Assembly (NCBI GenBank): GCA_002633005.1
Contig: NMRA01000186.1
Coordinates: 289,479-353,478 of the forward strand
Length of the DNA: 64,000 nucleotides
Reading direction: 5' to 3'
DNA from: Phoronis australis
Lineage: Eukaryota; Animalia; Phoronida
The translations under genes and the position numbers were made by a program. The notes beneath the pieces were generated by a model. The model saw only the letters and a program-made list of their open reading frames with translations. It did not search any database and was not told where the DNA came from. Shown one piece after another: positions 49,201 to 61,200 of this stretch; within the stretch, counting starts at the first letter, position 1; every line of letters begins with the position of its first letter.

Positions 49201-52200
49201 TTTAGCAGTAGGCCTAGATGAGCGGTAGAACGATAATTTTTCCAACACCGGTAAATAATTTGGTTTACTCACTCAAAGAGCGGTGCAGCTTTTAATGACA
49301 ATATTTCTGAGTCAGATTTTATTTAGTAATTTTGATCCACATCGACGCGAAGCTGTAGATTTTGTATAGCCTACAGCTTTGCACCAAGCCTAAACCAGAT
49401 CTTACCGATCGGGAAAATTTGTCGCCAGTCCTTGTCGTGGATACGAATTTATTCCACGCACGGCACACGACGTGATCGGTGGGGAATTTGTGCAAATTCA
49501 TCCCACTGTCGCTGACATTGCAACACCCGCACACCACGCAAAGAGGCATTTTAGCCCAGAGATCGACAAGTACAGAACGTCCAAGAAATAGCACTCAGCT
49601 GTTACGCATTGTGGCTCCCAGTAATTGACCTATCGCCAGGATTATGACGGGCGGCTTAATTGACCAATCAGAACGCAGCATTCTTAGCTCACCTTCGTCT
49701 GCGTTTCCAAGCCGCCATTTTACCCGACAAACAACACGCAGTCGAGAAAAACTTACTTTAGTCTATAGCTCAAGAAATTGTCCGCCAAGAATGGGGAAAC
49801 GGTGTTGATATGACGTGTGTAGCCCCGACAGCCGTTATGCTGCTCCAGAATAATATCCCGTCATTTTTGGCATGTCCTAAGCCGAAAAATGATATTGAAA
49901 AGCGTTAACTATGGATCAAATTGTAGGGCCACACGAGCAGCTGAACTTAGCGATGTTGCTTGATAACTCGAAGGCTATAATAAACACAAATATATTAGTT
50001 CCTAGATACGCACTTTTCAGCTTGGTGGCTATGGTGCAGGGCTATCTCAGATTTTGTCTCCCGAGTTGGCTACGTCTGGTCGCCTTTGTCTCGGCACCTG
50101 CTGGATCTCGGCACTCTAGCGGTAGTCCCCGGAAATTGTTGTTTTCAAGGACATTTTTATTTCATGTTTTTTTATTTATTTCAACCTAACGGACATTATT
50201 TTGTTTCGTATCAGAGGTACATTTTTGTTATTCATAAACCGTAAACTGGCGTTCAACTGAACTTCTCTCCTGGTCAAAATTCAGAGATTCGATCGGCACA
50301 GGGAAGGGCACTGGATTACTGCCGGAACTCAAAGCCTTGGTCGAGCTGTTGTTACTAAAAATAAACTGTTGAATTACTTTTTGACGTGTACCTCCAGTAT
50401 ACACTATGTCTGTAGAGTTAGAGAGAGCTCATTTTGGAGTGGTTCAAACATGATATTTAGATTTATGAAGCTTTAAAAAAGAATTTGAGTTATTTTTGTA
50501 AATACCCTATTTTTGCAACTACCATACCAGACTTGTAATCTTTTGTAAAAACCATACCAAGACTTAGTGATCATGGTACCTTCAAAATTAAATGAAGGCT
50601 ACCTTCATGGAATGAAACTACAAAAAATGCCAAGTTCATAAGAAGGTAGGCATAATTTAAATGTCGTAATGGCGCAAATTCCATAGGCGGATTTAGGAGG
50701 GGGGGGGGGGGCAGAGGCCCCAGCCCCCCTCCCCCCCCTTGGCTGCCGCAAGTAAAATGAAACAGCAAGAGCGTGAGGAAATATTGAGTTCAGTAACTAG
50801 GACCTGAAGCGGAAGAGGGGGGCTCAGACCCCAGATCGCGGCGGAATCGTGTTCCTGTTTTTTTAATTCACCGATAGATTTTCTGAACAGAAGGTCCAAC
50901 GGTCTACATCCCTGGCCCCTGCAACTTCGGGCCGCCTGTGCGAATACAATCGCTTTTTGCCCAATTCCACGAGGCAACATATGTTGGCCCCCCTGTGGTA
51001 TCCTAGATCCGCCACTTAATTCCAGACATTAATTTTACTGAGACACAGCCTCATACCTAGGCTACCTGAGCTAACTGTTTATCCAGGACGAGATGAGTGT
51101 GTACCTGAGCTATGAACCTGAATTTTTTGATCAAAATATTTCGTGACAAGATTAGAAAAGCTATCGAGTCGATCTAGTCAGAGAGTATAGTGCATGTATT
51201 GTCTGTAATCTATGACCTACATTGTACTTTACTCCAGGAGTCCCACCAGTTGTGACCTACTTTTCATTAGGCGAAATTTAGCAGAAGACAGAATAAAAAT
51301 ATCGGTGAATCTTCACTGATTTTATTCGAAAGGTCGCGAAATCTATGGAATCGTACAGATAATTGGACATATCCAGCTTTAAATGAACATATCGTATCAG
51401 CAGCTTTGTCATTTGTCAGGTGAAGGTAGCCCCGAGGCCGAGGGGTTCTTCGGATTTTCTCTGGCTCCTCGAGCACTTATTTTTTCATCGCTACCTTTAC
51501 AAATTCCCATATCATGAACGTACGATTCACTGTTGAAAAGCATCGCCTCTTGTCTCTGTCGACGCGTTTTCAAATAGTGCAAAAACACTCATCGATTCCA
51601 CCAGGAACGTCGTTTAGCGACAGTGTATTTGCCACTGACATCTCGTTCGAATGTCGGATATCACGTGACTTTTCGCATAGGGGCGGAGCTTACGATAGGT
51701 CAATTTCGTGGCCACGATGATGTCATATGAACCACTTTACGCTGATTGGTTGAGATTTTTTCTGGGGCGCTCGAAAGGGCTACGAATTATGAGCGGTGTA
51801 ATTTTCGTCGCAATTAATTACTTTCCGTGGTATGTAAGAAGCAAAAATAATATTTTTATGAACAACACATGCATATCTGATGTCAAAAAAGGTGTTTTAG
51901 CTGCTGGACGCTGTCTTTAAGACATTTAATTTAGGCTTATCTTCTGACGAACTTAACATTTTTTGTAGTTTCACTGCATAAAGGTAGCTTTCAGTTATTT
52001 TTAAACGTAGCTTGATCATTAAATTGTGACATGGTTACAAAAAATGACAAGTCTGGTGTAGAAGCAAAAATGGCTATTTACAAAAATAACTCAAATTTCT
52101 TTTTTAAAGCTTCATAAATCTAAATATCATGTTTAAACAACTTCAAAATGAGCTCTCTGCCTCTACAGGCGAATTGTATACTAGAGGTTCTCATCAAAAA

Positions 52201-55200
52201 GTAATTTAACTGTTCATTTTTTAGTGACAACAGCTCAGGTAAGGCTTTGAGTTCAGTAATCCAGTGCCCCTCCCTGTGCCGATCGAATCTTTCAATTTTG
52301 GAAAAAAGTTCAGTCGAACGCCAGCTTAGGGGCATATGAAATGACAAAAAATGTACCTCTGCTACGAAACAAAACGATGTCTATTGGTCGAAATAACTGA
52401 AAAATAGTAAGACAAGGAAAACAATTTTAGGGACTATTGCTAGACTAGTGCTGAGATCCAGCAGGTGGCGAGACAAAGGCGGCCAGACGAGTGAAACTCC
52501 GGAGTCAAAATCAGATAAACCTACACTATAGACCCAATTCACGCCGACAGGAGGCGTGTTCCAAAACGAGGCTCGCTGCGATAGCTCCGTTGGCTTATTG
52601 GCATATACTGGTTGTATTCCGCGTTGCTCGAAAAGGCTAGAAAAACTACGGACACTCAACTTTCTGTTTTACAATCCCCAAAGACGTTGAGATTCGGAAG
52701 CGTACGTTCGGTCCTTGCCATACGCCGCGACGAAGGAAAATATGGCCGTGTAAAATTTATAAATGTTTTCGAAAATTTAGATCACATTTTGTCGCATCTC
52801 GGTTGCCGAGCATCATAGCAACGACCAGAGAATCTTCGGCCAGCCATGCTGTGTTCATGACTAGGGGTTGAAAACTGATGCATTTTTCTTCCCAAAAATG
52901 GACAGGGCCCTCAATTCCTTGATTTTAGGACCGGATATTGGCCCTATTTCCTTCTCAAAAATAATGAAAAATCCCCCAAAATTCCCTCCACGAGGCCTAA
53001 AAACTCCCCTAGTGATTGAAAACTTCTCTCCGAAGTTCAAATCACCTGTAACCACACAGGTGACAATTTGAAAAAACCACAAAATGTTACTTGACACAGA
53101 GCCTGTGAGACCTTGCAACAGGACGGGGATACTGATCGGGAGGTAGGTTTTGCCCCGCACTCGGCGAAAAAAAGGTACAGGCACCTTTCCCCTTTGATGA
53201 ACGAGGCCCCTGAAGAAACATGATAACTTTTCTTACTAACTGAAATTGAGCTCTAAAACGAGGTTATGCTTTGGACGAACGAATTAGGTGTTTTGATTTT
53301 AAAATTCACCGGCCCAGATTGATAGTTCGGAAACCTAACATATGAAATAAACGTCAGAATTATTAAAACCAGAAGTAGGATAATTGATGGTCAAATAATT
53401 ACTTCAGACTTGTAAATGTGTGCAAGGGAGTGAATGAGAACCTGCATATAATGCGAAAGCGATTGCTCGGGCTGTGCTAGTTTTTGATTTTTTCAATTTA
53501 AAAAATGGTCAAATCTTTATTTACGAGCCTGGTTTTTTATTTTAATAAAAATATAGATATTCTTTCAGATGAATGACAAATCAACTGTTAGTCCAGGTAG
53601 TCTCTACCTCACCAGGACCTAGGCTATGCTTGATGTTAATATTCTTGATCAACAAATTAAACCTGATGTGACTAATTGCACATGACAGCAAAATGCTATA
53701 AGCCACCACTGTCGAATATATCTTCACCTCGTCAACAATACAAGCAGATGACTTGAGAAAGCATTTTTATCAACAATTTACAAGAAAAAATGTAACCTGC
53801 ATTCAGCATAATACCTAATCCGTAGTTTGGTCATGTCTACTTTTCATGTTTCGAACCTAGTTTTCTGAAAAACTTATACCCTTTCGTCAGACACTTCTTT
53901 GATGCATTGACCTGTTCTCTAATGTGTTTTTCTACGTCTCTGAGGTTAATTATCGACACATTTTTAAGATTTAATATCCAGGTAGGACTCTAAAGACTGG
54001 CCATTTAGCTCATGCAATGTCAACTTCAGCTTTGTTTATCGCAGTGAGACTCGCTTTAGATTTTAGTATCCGCCTCGTGAATAAGGTCTATAGCCACCAA
54101 ACTGAACTAGTGTGTATCTTGGATTAAATAAATTTGTGTTTAACCCTCGAGTAAACAAGCAAGTTCAGCTGCTCGTGTATGGGGCAGTTCGCACAGTTTG
54201 ATATATAGTTTAAACCTTTCGACATCACTTTTCGGCTTAGGAGATACCCAAAAATGACGGGATATTCTTCTCGTGCTGCATGACGGCTGTCAGAATTACA
54301 CAAGCCTTATCAACACCGTATCACCATTCTTATCACGCAGTTTCTAGAGCTACATGTATAGACCAAAATAAGTTTTACACAAATCGTATCGGGTAAAATT
54401 TCTGAGAGCACCTACGGGTAGCTCTACATAGACCGTCACAGATTTTCCTGAAACTATATGAAGGCTCGGTCCACCGCTAGATATGCACTAAGTCATCTTT
54501 GGTTTTTCTGACACAAGCCTCACTTTCGTTTTTATGGTGATCTTGCAAAAACAGCTTTTTCGAGACTTATGTCGTTAAAAAGCTGTGAAGTTTGCAAGAT
54601 TATCGAGAGATCTTAAAAGTTTAAAATAGGCCTAACTATGATATTTTTTTTTCTGCGAAATTAACTGACCTTAAGATCCAGAAACACGTTTGATATTTAA
54701 AATTGACATTTTAGGAGTTAAGTACGGACATTTCAAAAGTTGAGAAATTTTGTGAATTTTCGACGAGCTGATTTTAGCCATTTTTAATCAGAATGCAAGC
54801 AAAGGATAAAGCACGTGTGAATATGAAACCAGTGTGTTTTGATAGCAGTGGGACAGTTTAGTACATAGACAAAGTCAATAAATTGGTCCTTTGCCCGCTT
54901 AGTGGTTAACATGCACTTTTATTGTTTATACATATTTGTCTACTCAGCTACAGTGATTACTGGAATTTTTAGAAACTATACCGTGATGCCTGTCAACTGA
55001 TTGTTTGGTGACTATTTTGTCGGTATCTGAGGCTTCCCTCTTCCCTTGGGCTTGATCGAAAAAGCGTTTCTGTAAATGTCAACCCTCACGGTAGGAACGA
55101 TTAAAAGTACAAACATTTTCATTCTCATAGTGGAATAAAATCCTGTGACGATATAAAGTAATGAACAAATCAAAATGTATGAACATGCAACATAAAGAAA

Positions 55201-58200
55201 GAATTGTGGATCAATAAACCTCGACAACCAACCAAGTATGTTGGTCTGACAGCAAGTTTTTACTTGGCAAAAGTCTTCGATTTCCGACAAGTATGTTGCT
55301 CCGTCGTCAAGTTTTTTTTGTTCGCACTGTACAGGTCGCAAGTTTCGTCCGATTCTCACGAAATTTGCACACCACGTGCAGATCGGAAAGTCCTAGAAGC
55401 CTATTATTTGTGGTCATGATCGAATTCAAAAAAGGCGGACGTGGCGGCCCTTTTGTTTCCGATTTCACATTCAAATGCTCATAGAGGCCGCATTTTTTGA
55501 CGTACAGAGCTGAAACGTAGTACGATTATTATAGAACAAATGTGCTACAACTGTGCTGAAAACCGTTGACTTCCGTTTAAAGATGGCGGAAATATTGACG
55601 ATGGCGCATGGGCACCTCGATATTTGTCCAAAAAAGTTTTCTCCTGAAGAGGGCGCATTGGCGAACCAATCACTTTCAAACCGGTCACGTGTTTCGTGAA
55701 ATTGATCAGCTTTTATAAATTTTGTTTAACCGGAAGTCACGTTCAAGATGGCGGCTCTGGCGCATTTTTACCCATTTTCAATCGTTCTGCTGTCGCCTTT
55801 TTAACGGTTAGAACAAATGACGTGAATTCTTGCATGTGGATTCCTTGAAGTATGCTCTTTCAAAAGTTCTGCGATAACAGTTTTCTCAGACTTACCGTTT
55901 TCGAGTTATTTTGAATTTCAAAAAACCCAAAATTTCAATTTTTTCGAAAAAATTATGGAATGTAGCGAAGCTGTCAATCTAGATAAAGTTTTGGACGGGC
56001 TTTCAGAAGATATTTTCCATTTTTCGCTACGACGTCTAACTTTTTGAATTATTCGAGATTTTCTGATTGCGCTGTTCCTTTGTTGACCGCTCTTGCTGCA
56101 TTGATGTTGGTTTAGCTTCTACTGAACTAGACTGTAGCCTATTTCTTATTGATTTATGACATCTAAGTTCGTCATATGAATGTTGTGATGTTGTTCATCA
56201 TCGCCACAACCATCATCATATTCGTCATCTTTGTCATCATCTCCGACGTCGTCTTTTCTTCAGTTAATTTTGCCAAGTGTCGCTCAAGACTGTAGCCTAT
56301 TTATTACTGATTTCTGACCTCTACGTTCGTGATGTGTATGTTATAATTACTTGTATTGTTCATCATTGCCACCATCGTCGTCATATTCGTCGTCTTCTTC
56401 ATCATCTTTATCGTCATCTTTTCGGTTAAATTTTTTGTTCGAACTCTACAGATCGGAATTTTCGTCCGATCCGCACGAAATTTGCACACAACGTGTAGAT
56501 CAAAAAATCCTGGAAGCCTATTGTTTTTGGTCATGATCGCATTCATAATGGAGGACGTGGCGGCCATTTTATTTCCGGTTTCAGATTCAAATGCTCATTT
56601 TTTTTCGAAAAATTTATGTGTCAGACGATTGACTGTGGGTTTGTTTAAAAGGTAGCTATGCTTTGAGATTGTGCGTAGATGGAGAGTGAATAATCAAATC
56701 CAGTAATTAATTTTATTATATGATATCCCCTAATTAGACAAATGAAACCTTTAATTGTTAATTAAGTAATCAACTACAAAGAGTAACTACGCTAGCGCCC
56801 TCTTTAAAGATTACTTTAATCAAACAACCAAAACGATCAAATGTCTTATCTGCTATCCAAGCTAGGACTCTCCACTTGTTGGATGTCTGTCCTGTTGGTG
56901 AATCTTCGAACTACACAAACACTGTATAGCGACGGTGTACTTGCTGGTCACCGTCTTTGGTGATTCATCACTTGCAGGCAATTTCTTCTACCCGCGATTC
57001 ACGCTGGTCACAGTCTCTGGCTGATGACGCAACACTTGAGGTAGTATCTTACTACCCACGATGCAAGTGACAAGCTCTTAGTTGACTTCCTGATCTTTAA
57101 CTCTTGCCGTTGCCAAGATCCTTTCAAGAATCTTCCACGAGATGGCTCTGTTGTACAATTTCCTCTGTACACTGCAGCAAGTCTTTAAGCTTCAACTACT
57201 ATAGCTCATCTAATTATCTTCTTGATTTCAGCCCATAACATAACATTCTACTTATTTAGTGATTGGCTAATAAAAACCACATGATCATGTCCACTCGTAT
57301 TATTGGCTGTTACAATTTGTTCTCAGAATATTCTAGAATCTCTAGATTACTTTGACCCCAGAACCCAAAGTTGTAAACACCATCTAAAAATAGATTTTGA
57401 GGTTAAAATACATGTCAACAAGTCTGACCCCATGATTTAAAAGTACATATGCACAAATTTTGGGCAACTTAAAATGGATCTATTCTTACTAATTACTTAA
57501 TCAATATTCATTCGGACATTATGGAATGTTGCGAAACTAACAATTTACATAGAATGTTGGACGGGCTTTCACAGAATTTTTTCCATTTTTCGCTACGACG
57601 TCCACTTTTTGAATTATTTGAGATTTTCTGATAACGCTGTTTCTTTGTTGAGCGCTCTTACTGCATTGATGTTGGTTTAGTTTATTTGAACAAGACTGTA
57701 GCTTATTTCTTACTAATTTATGACATCTAAGTTCGTCGTATGAACGTTATCGTGTTGTTCATACTCTCCGCCTTCATCGTCATGATCGTCGTCGTCGTCC
57801 TCCCCATCTTCCTGTTTTCGCGGAATTTCGCCAAGTGTCACTCCCCCGAGCGCTCTCGCACTGTTGCCAGTTTACCGGGCGCGTGAACAAGACTGCATGC
57901 TATTTCTTACTGATTTGTTCGCTAGGCACATGAATGTTATCGTGTTGTTCATAATCTCCGCCTTCATCGTCATGATCGTCGTCGTCTTTTCGATTAATTT
58001 CGCCAAGTGTCGCTCCTCCGAGCGCTCTCGCACTGTTGTCAGTTGACCGGCTATTGAACAAGACTGCTGCCCGCTATCTCTGACTGATTTCTTCGCTATT
58101 GACATGAATGTTATCGTGTTGTTCATAATTGCCGATTCATCGTCATGATCGTCGTCGTCCTCCCCATCGTCGTATTTTTGGTTAATTTCGCCAAGTGTTG

Positions 58201-61200
58201 CTCCTCCGAGCGCTCTCGTTTAGTTGTTGTCCACGCTCATGTCTCGGTGTTGCGCATTGCGAGTAGAGATTTTGTTGTGGACGATGTTCTTTTAGTTGTT
58301 GTCCATGCTCATGATGGCTCGGTGTTGTGCATTGCGAGAAGATTTTATTGTGGACGGTGTTCATTTAGTTGTTGCCACGCTCATGAAGTCTCGGTGTTGT
58401 GCATTGCGAGTAGAGATTTTGTTGAGGACAATGTTCTTTTAGTTGTTGTCCACGCTCATGATGTCTCGGTGTTGCGCATTGGGAGTAGAGATTTTATTGT
58501 GAACGATGTTCTTTTAGTTGTTGTTCATGCTCCTGTTATCTTCATGCGTTGCCAGTACAAATTTTATTACGAACGATGTGTTTTACTTTTATGTCCATTT
58601 TCATGATAGCTTGGTGCTATGCATTGCAGAGATTTCATTCTAGTTAGTTGACCTCCAGTATCTTCCAAAAATTAAAGGAGGTTTATTTAACACAAAAAGC
58701 CGTTTTTTGCTGTCGAGTTTTCACAGTTTAGCAGTGTTAACTGCTTGTCAGCTTTGGATTTTTGTTGCTATGAGAAAGGAATATTTGATGAGTCTTCTTC
58801 AAGCTAAGATTGAATTTTGTCTCTTGTCAGGTTAATTAACGAAAGTTACCAGTTACCTCTCGACTTAAATGGAATTCTGTTATAGGATTTTTTTGTTCTT
58901 GCGAGTATTGCGGTCATAAAACTCATACCTAGGGGACCGGGGCCCACCGTGGGCGAAATTGGGGAACCATGGAAGATGACGCAAATTAGGGGAGACCATT
59001 GGAAGAGATTTGAGTGGTGACCGTTTGAGACAAAAAATCCTAGCAACTCATGGTCATGAAAAACCTCATTTTTGACTGGCATTTTTGTTTTATGTTCAGT
59101 TTGAGACTCACTTGGTACACCTTTCGTCAAACCATACTTTTTACACGAATGATTCTGAAGGTATTGACACTATTGAGAGTTTTTCAGCGAGTGATTATTT
59201 TGAGAACTGTACATCTTAGACATGAGTACTGAGCAAAATGAAAGGACCTTTCTGTTTCAGTAGCTGTTGTTTTTTCAAACCAAATGCAGCTTTTTGAAAT
59301 GGTGTGGAAATGCATGATACACTAAACCTAGCATAGCTTCAATAATATGCGGTGTCAGTCGCATGAAGGGAATTTTCACTTTGGAAAACTTTTAGCTGGT
59401 AAGTCGCAGCGACACACAATTGCTCAAAAACAGTACTTATTTGGAAAGCAGCTGACTTGGATATCATTGAAAGTATTATATTTTCTACCGTAAATATCCG
59501 TATCTGTCATTTTTTCAAAACCGCAAATTCCAGTGCGACACGTACCACCAAGCCCGGCCGCTTTTGTATAGCAGAAGACTAAAGCATTTTGTAACCACTT
59601 CGTATGTCCAGTAACACGTCCTTCCTGCTCGAACCCACTGTTCTATGTTTTTACTTGTGCTCTCGAAGATCTTGATTAATTGTAGCATAAATTTTGCGAA
59701 TAGTGGGAGCGGATCTTTTCAAGCACAAATCCAGGGTTTTGTCCAGAGCTCCAAAAATGGACCAACACGCCCTGTAGGCAGTGCGTGAGATTCTTAGTCC
59801 ATAACGTGGTTCCAAAAACAGACCAAGCAGGGAGTTTTGGGAACCCCTTTAGAACACAGCGTGCTTCTCTCAAGTACTGAAGTATGAGATGGTGATGGGG
59901 GTTGTACTATTCGCTCATAATAGATCAATACACATTATAACTGACTTTTTGAGCTCTTTAACTCTATAATAGATTTTCATTGTTGTACCCGCAAAACCGA
60001 AAGTCCGTGAAGAACAAATATCTCGGACAAATTGCTTGAGCAAATTGCTTTAAAATAAGCAGTGAAAACGACATTTTTGTAGGCTAAAATAGTATAACAT
60101 AAAAATCAATTACTCAATCCAACCTATTATTTTATTCTATTCTGTTTCTTGCTATATTGTTATTTTTGCTATAGTGTGAAGCAATGATGTTGCTGCTGAC
60201 GAAGTTACCCACTTTCCAGTGGTTTCATTTGCGATTTTTAAAAAACTATACAAAGTGGTCGTAAAAAGGTTAAAAAATGAGAAACTCATGAAAGTCAGGC
60301 TCAGGTTTCCTTTGTCAAAGATGGTGTGCTACGTTTCAAAAACATCGGTGGTTAGATAGGCCACCATCTGCTTTTTGCATGGAATTGCTCTTAATCGATT
60401 GACGCAGCACTGGCGTTGTGAGTTGTTTTAGTATGCATATACACTGTATGGTGTGGTTGAATCGCGTGTCGACTAGACACTAACGCATGTATTCCATATT
60501 GGAACAGGTACCCGGTGTCTCAAAGTTTTGGGATATATTTTAAATCTCCACAAAAGTATGTACGGCTTGGCATTTTCAGTTTGGAGCAAACTAGGAAGAA
60601 GGTATTTCAAAGTTTTGTTTGAAAATCCTTCCGTCACAACATGAGGAAACAGCTAAGAGTTTTAACTGTTAAAACACCTGGAATTTTTGACGGCGTTTCA
60701 AAGTTCGGTCGGAAAATATATCATGGGTGATTATGTTGTGTGGAGGCAATACGGAATGCTTAATTGTTTTTTTTTAATTGTCACACAAATTCACTGGTTT
60801 GCTAATTTTGTCTATTTAGACTCCATTTCACTAACGCCAACCTACATGTATAGACCAGCGGCCTGTTTCTAGAAGAGTCTAATGGCTTTTGTCTTTCAAC
60901 TTTCGGCTAAACATAAGATGACTTGTATTCTTGAAACAGGAAAAGGCTGAAAGTCAATCTACAACTCGAAGTCAATAATAAATTCCTTAGTCTGCTCGAC
61001 TAGACAGAAAACAAAAAAGTGTTTCGAAACATTTCCGACGAGAAACACAAAAGACAAAAAATGTAAGTTTTGACTAATTGCAGTCAGATTTCAGGTTTTT
61101 GACTAAAGTCAAAGACATCCATTTGAAGAATGTAATTTTAAAACCTATGGTGAATAAACTCCCACACTTTGGCTGTACAACGAGTGAGAAGCGCTTAAGT

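Larger units (their letters stand above)
49760..54365. repeat. Long diverged inverted repeat: about 49760-50560 vs 52020-52528 + 54091-54365
   Basis: For example GATTCGATCGGCACAGGGAAGGGCACTGGATTACTG (50286) vs CAGTAATCCAGTGCCCCTCCCTGTGCCGATCGAATC (52254); the right arm is split by an insertion. Confidence 0.75.

Noticed and set aside
58145-58606. 153-aa repetitive ORF
   Set aside because: It is a translation of the tandem array, with no start or splice support
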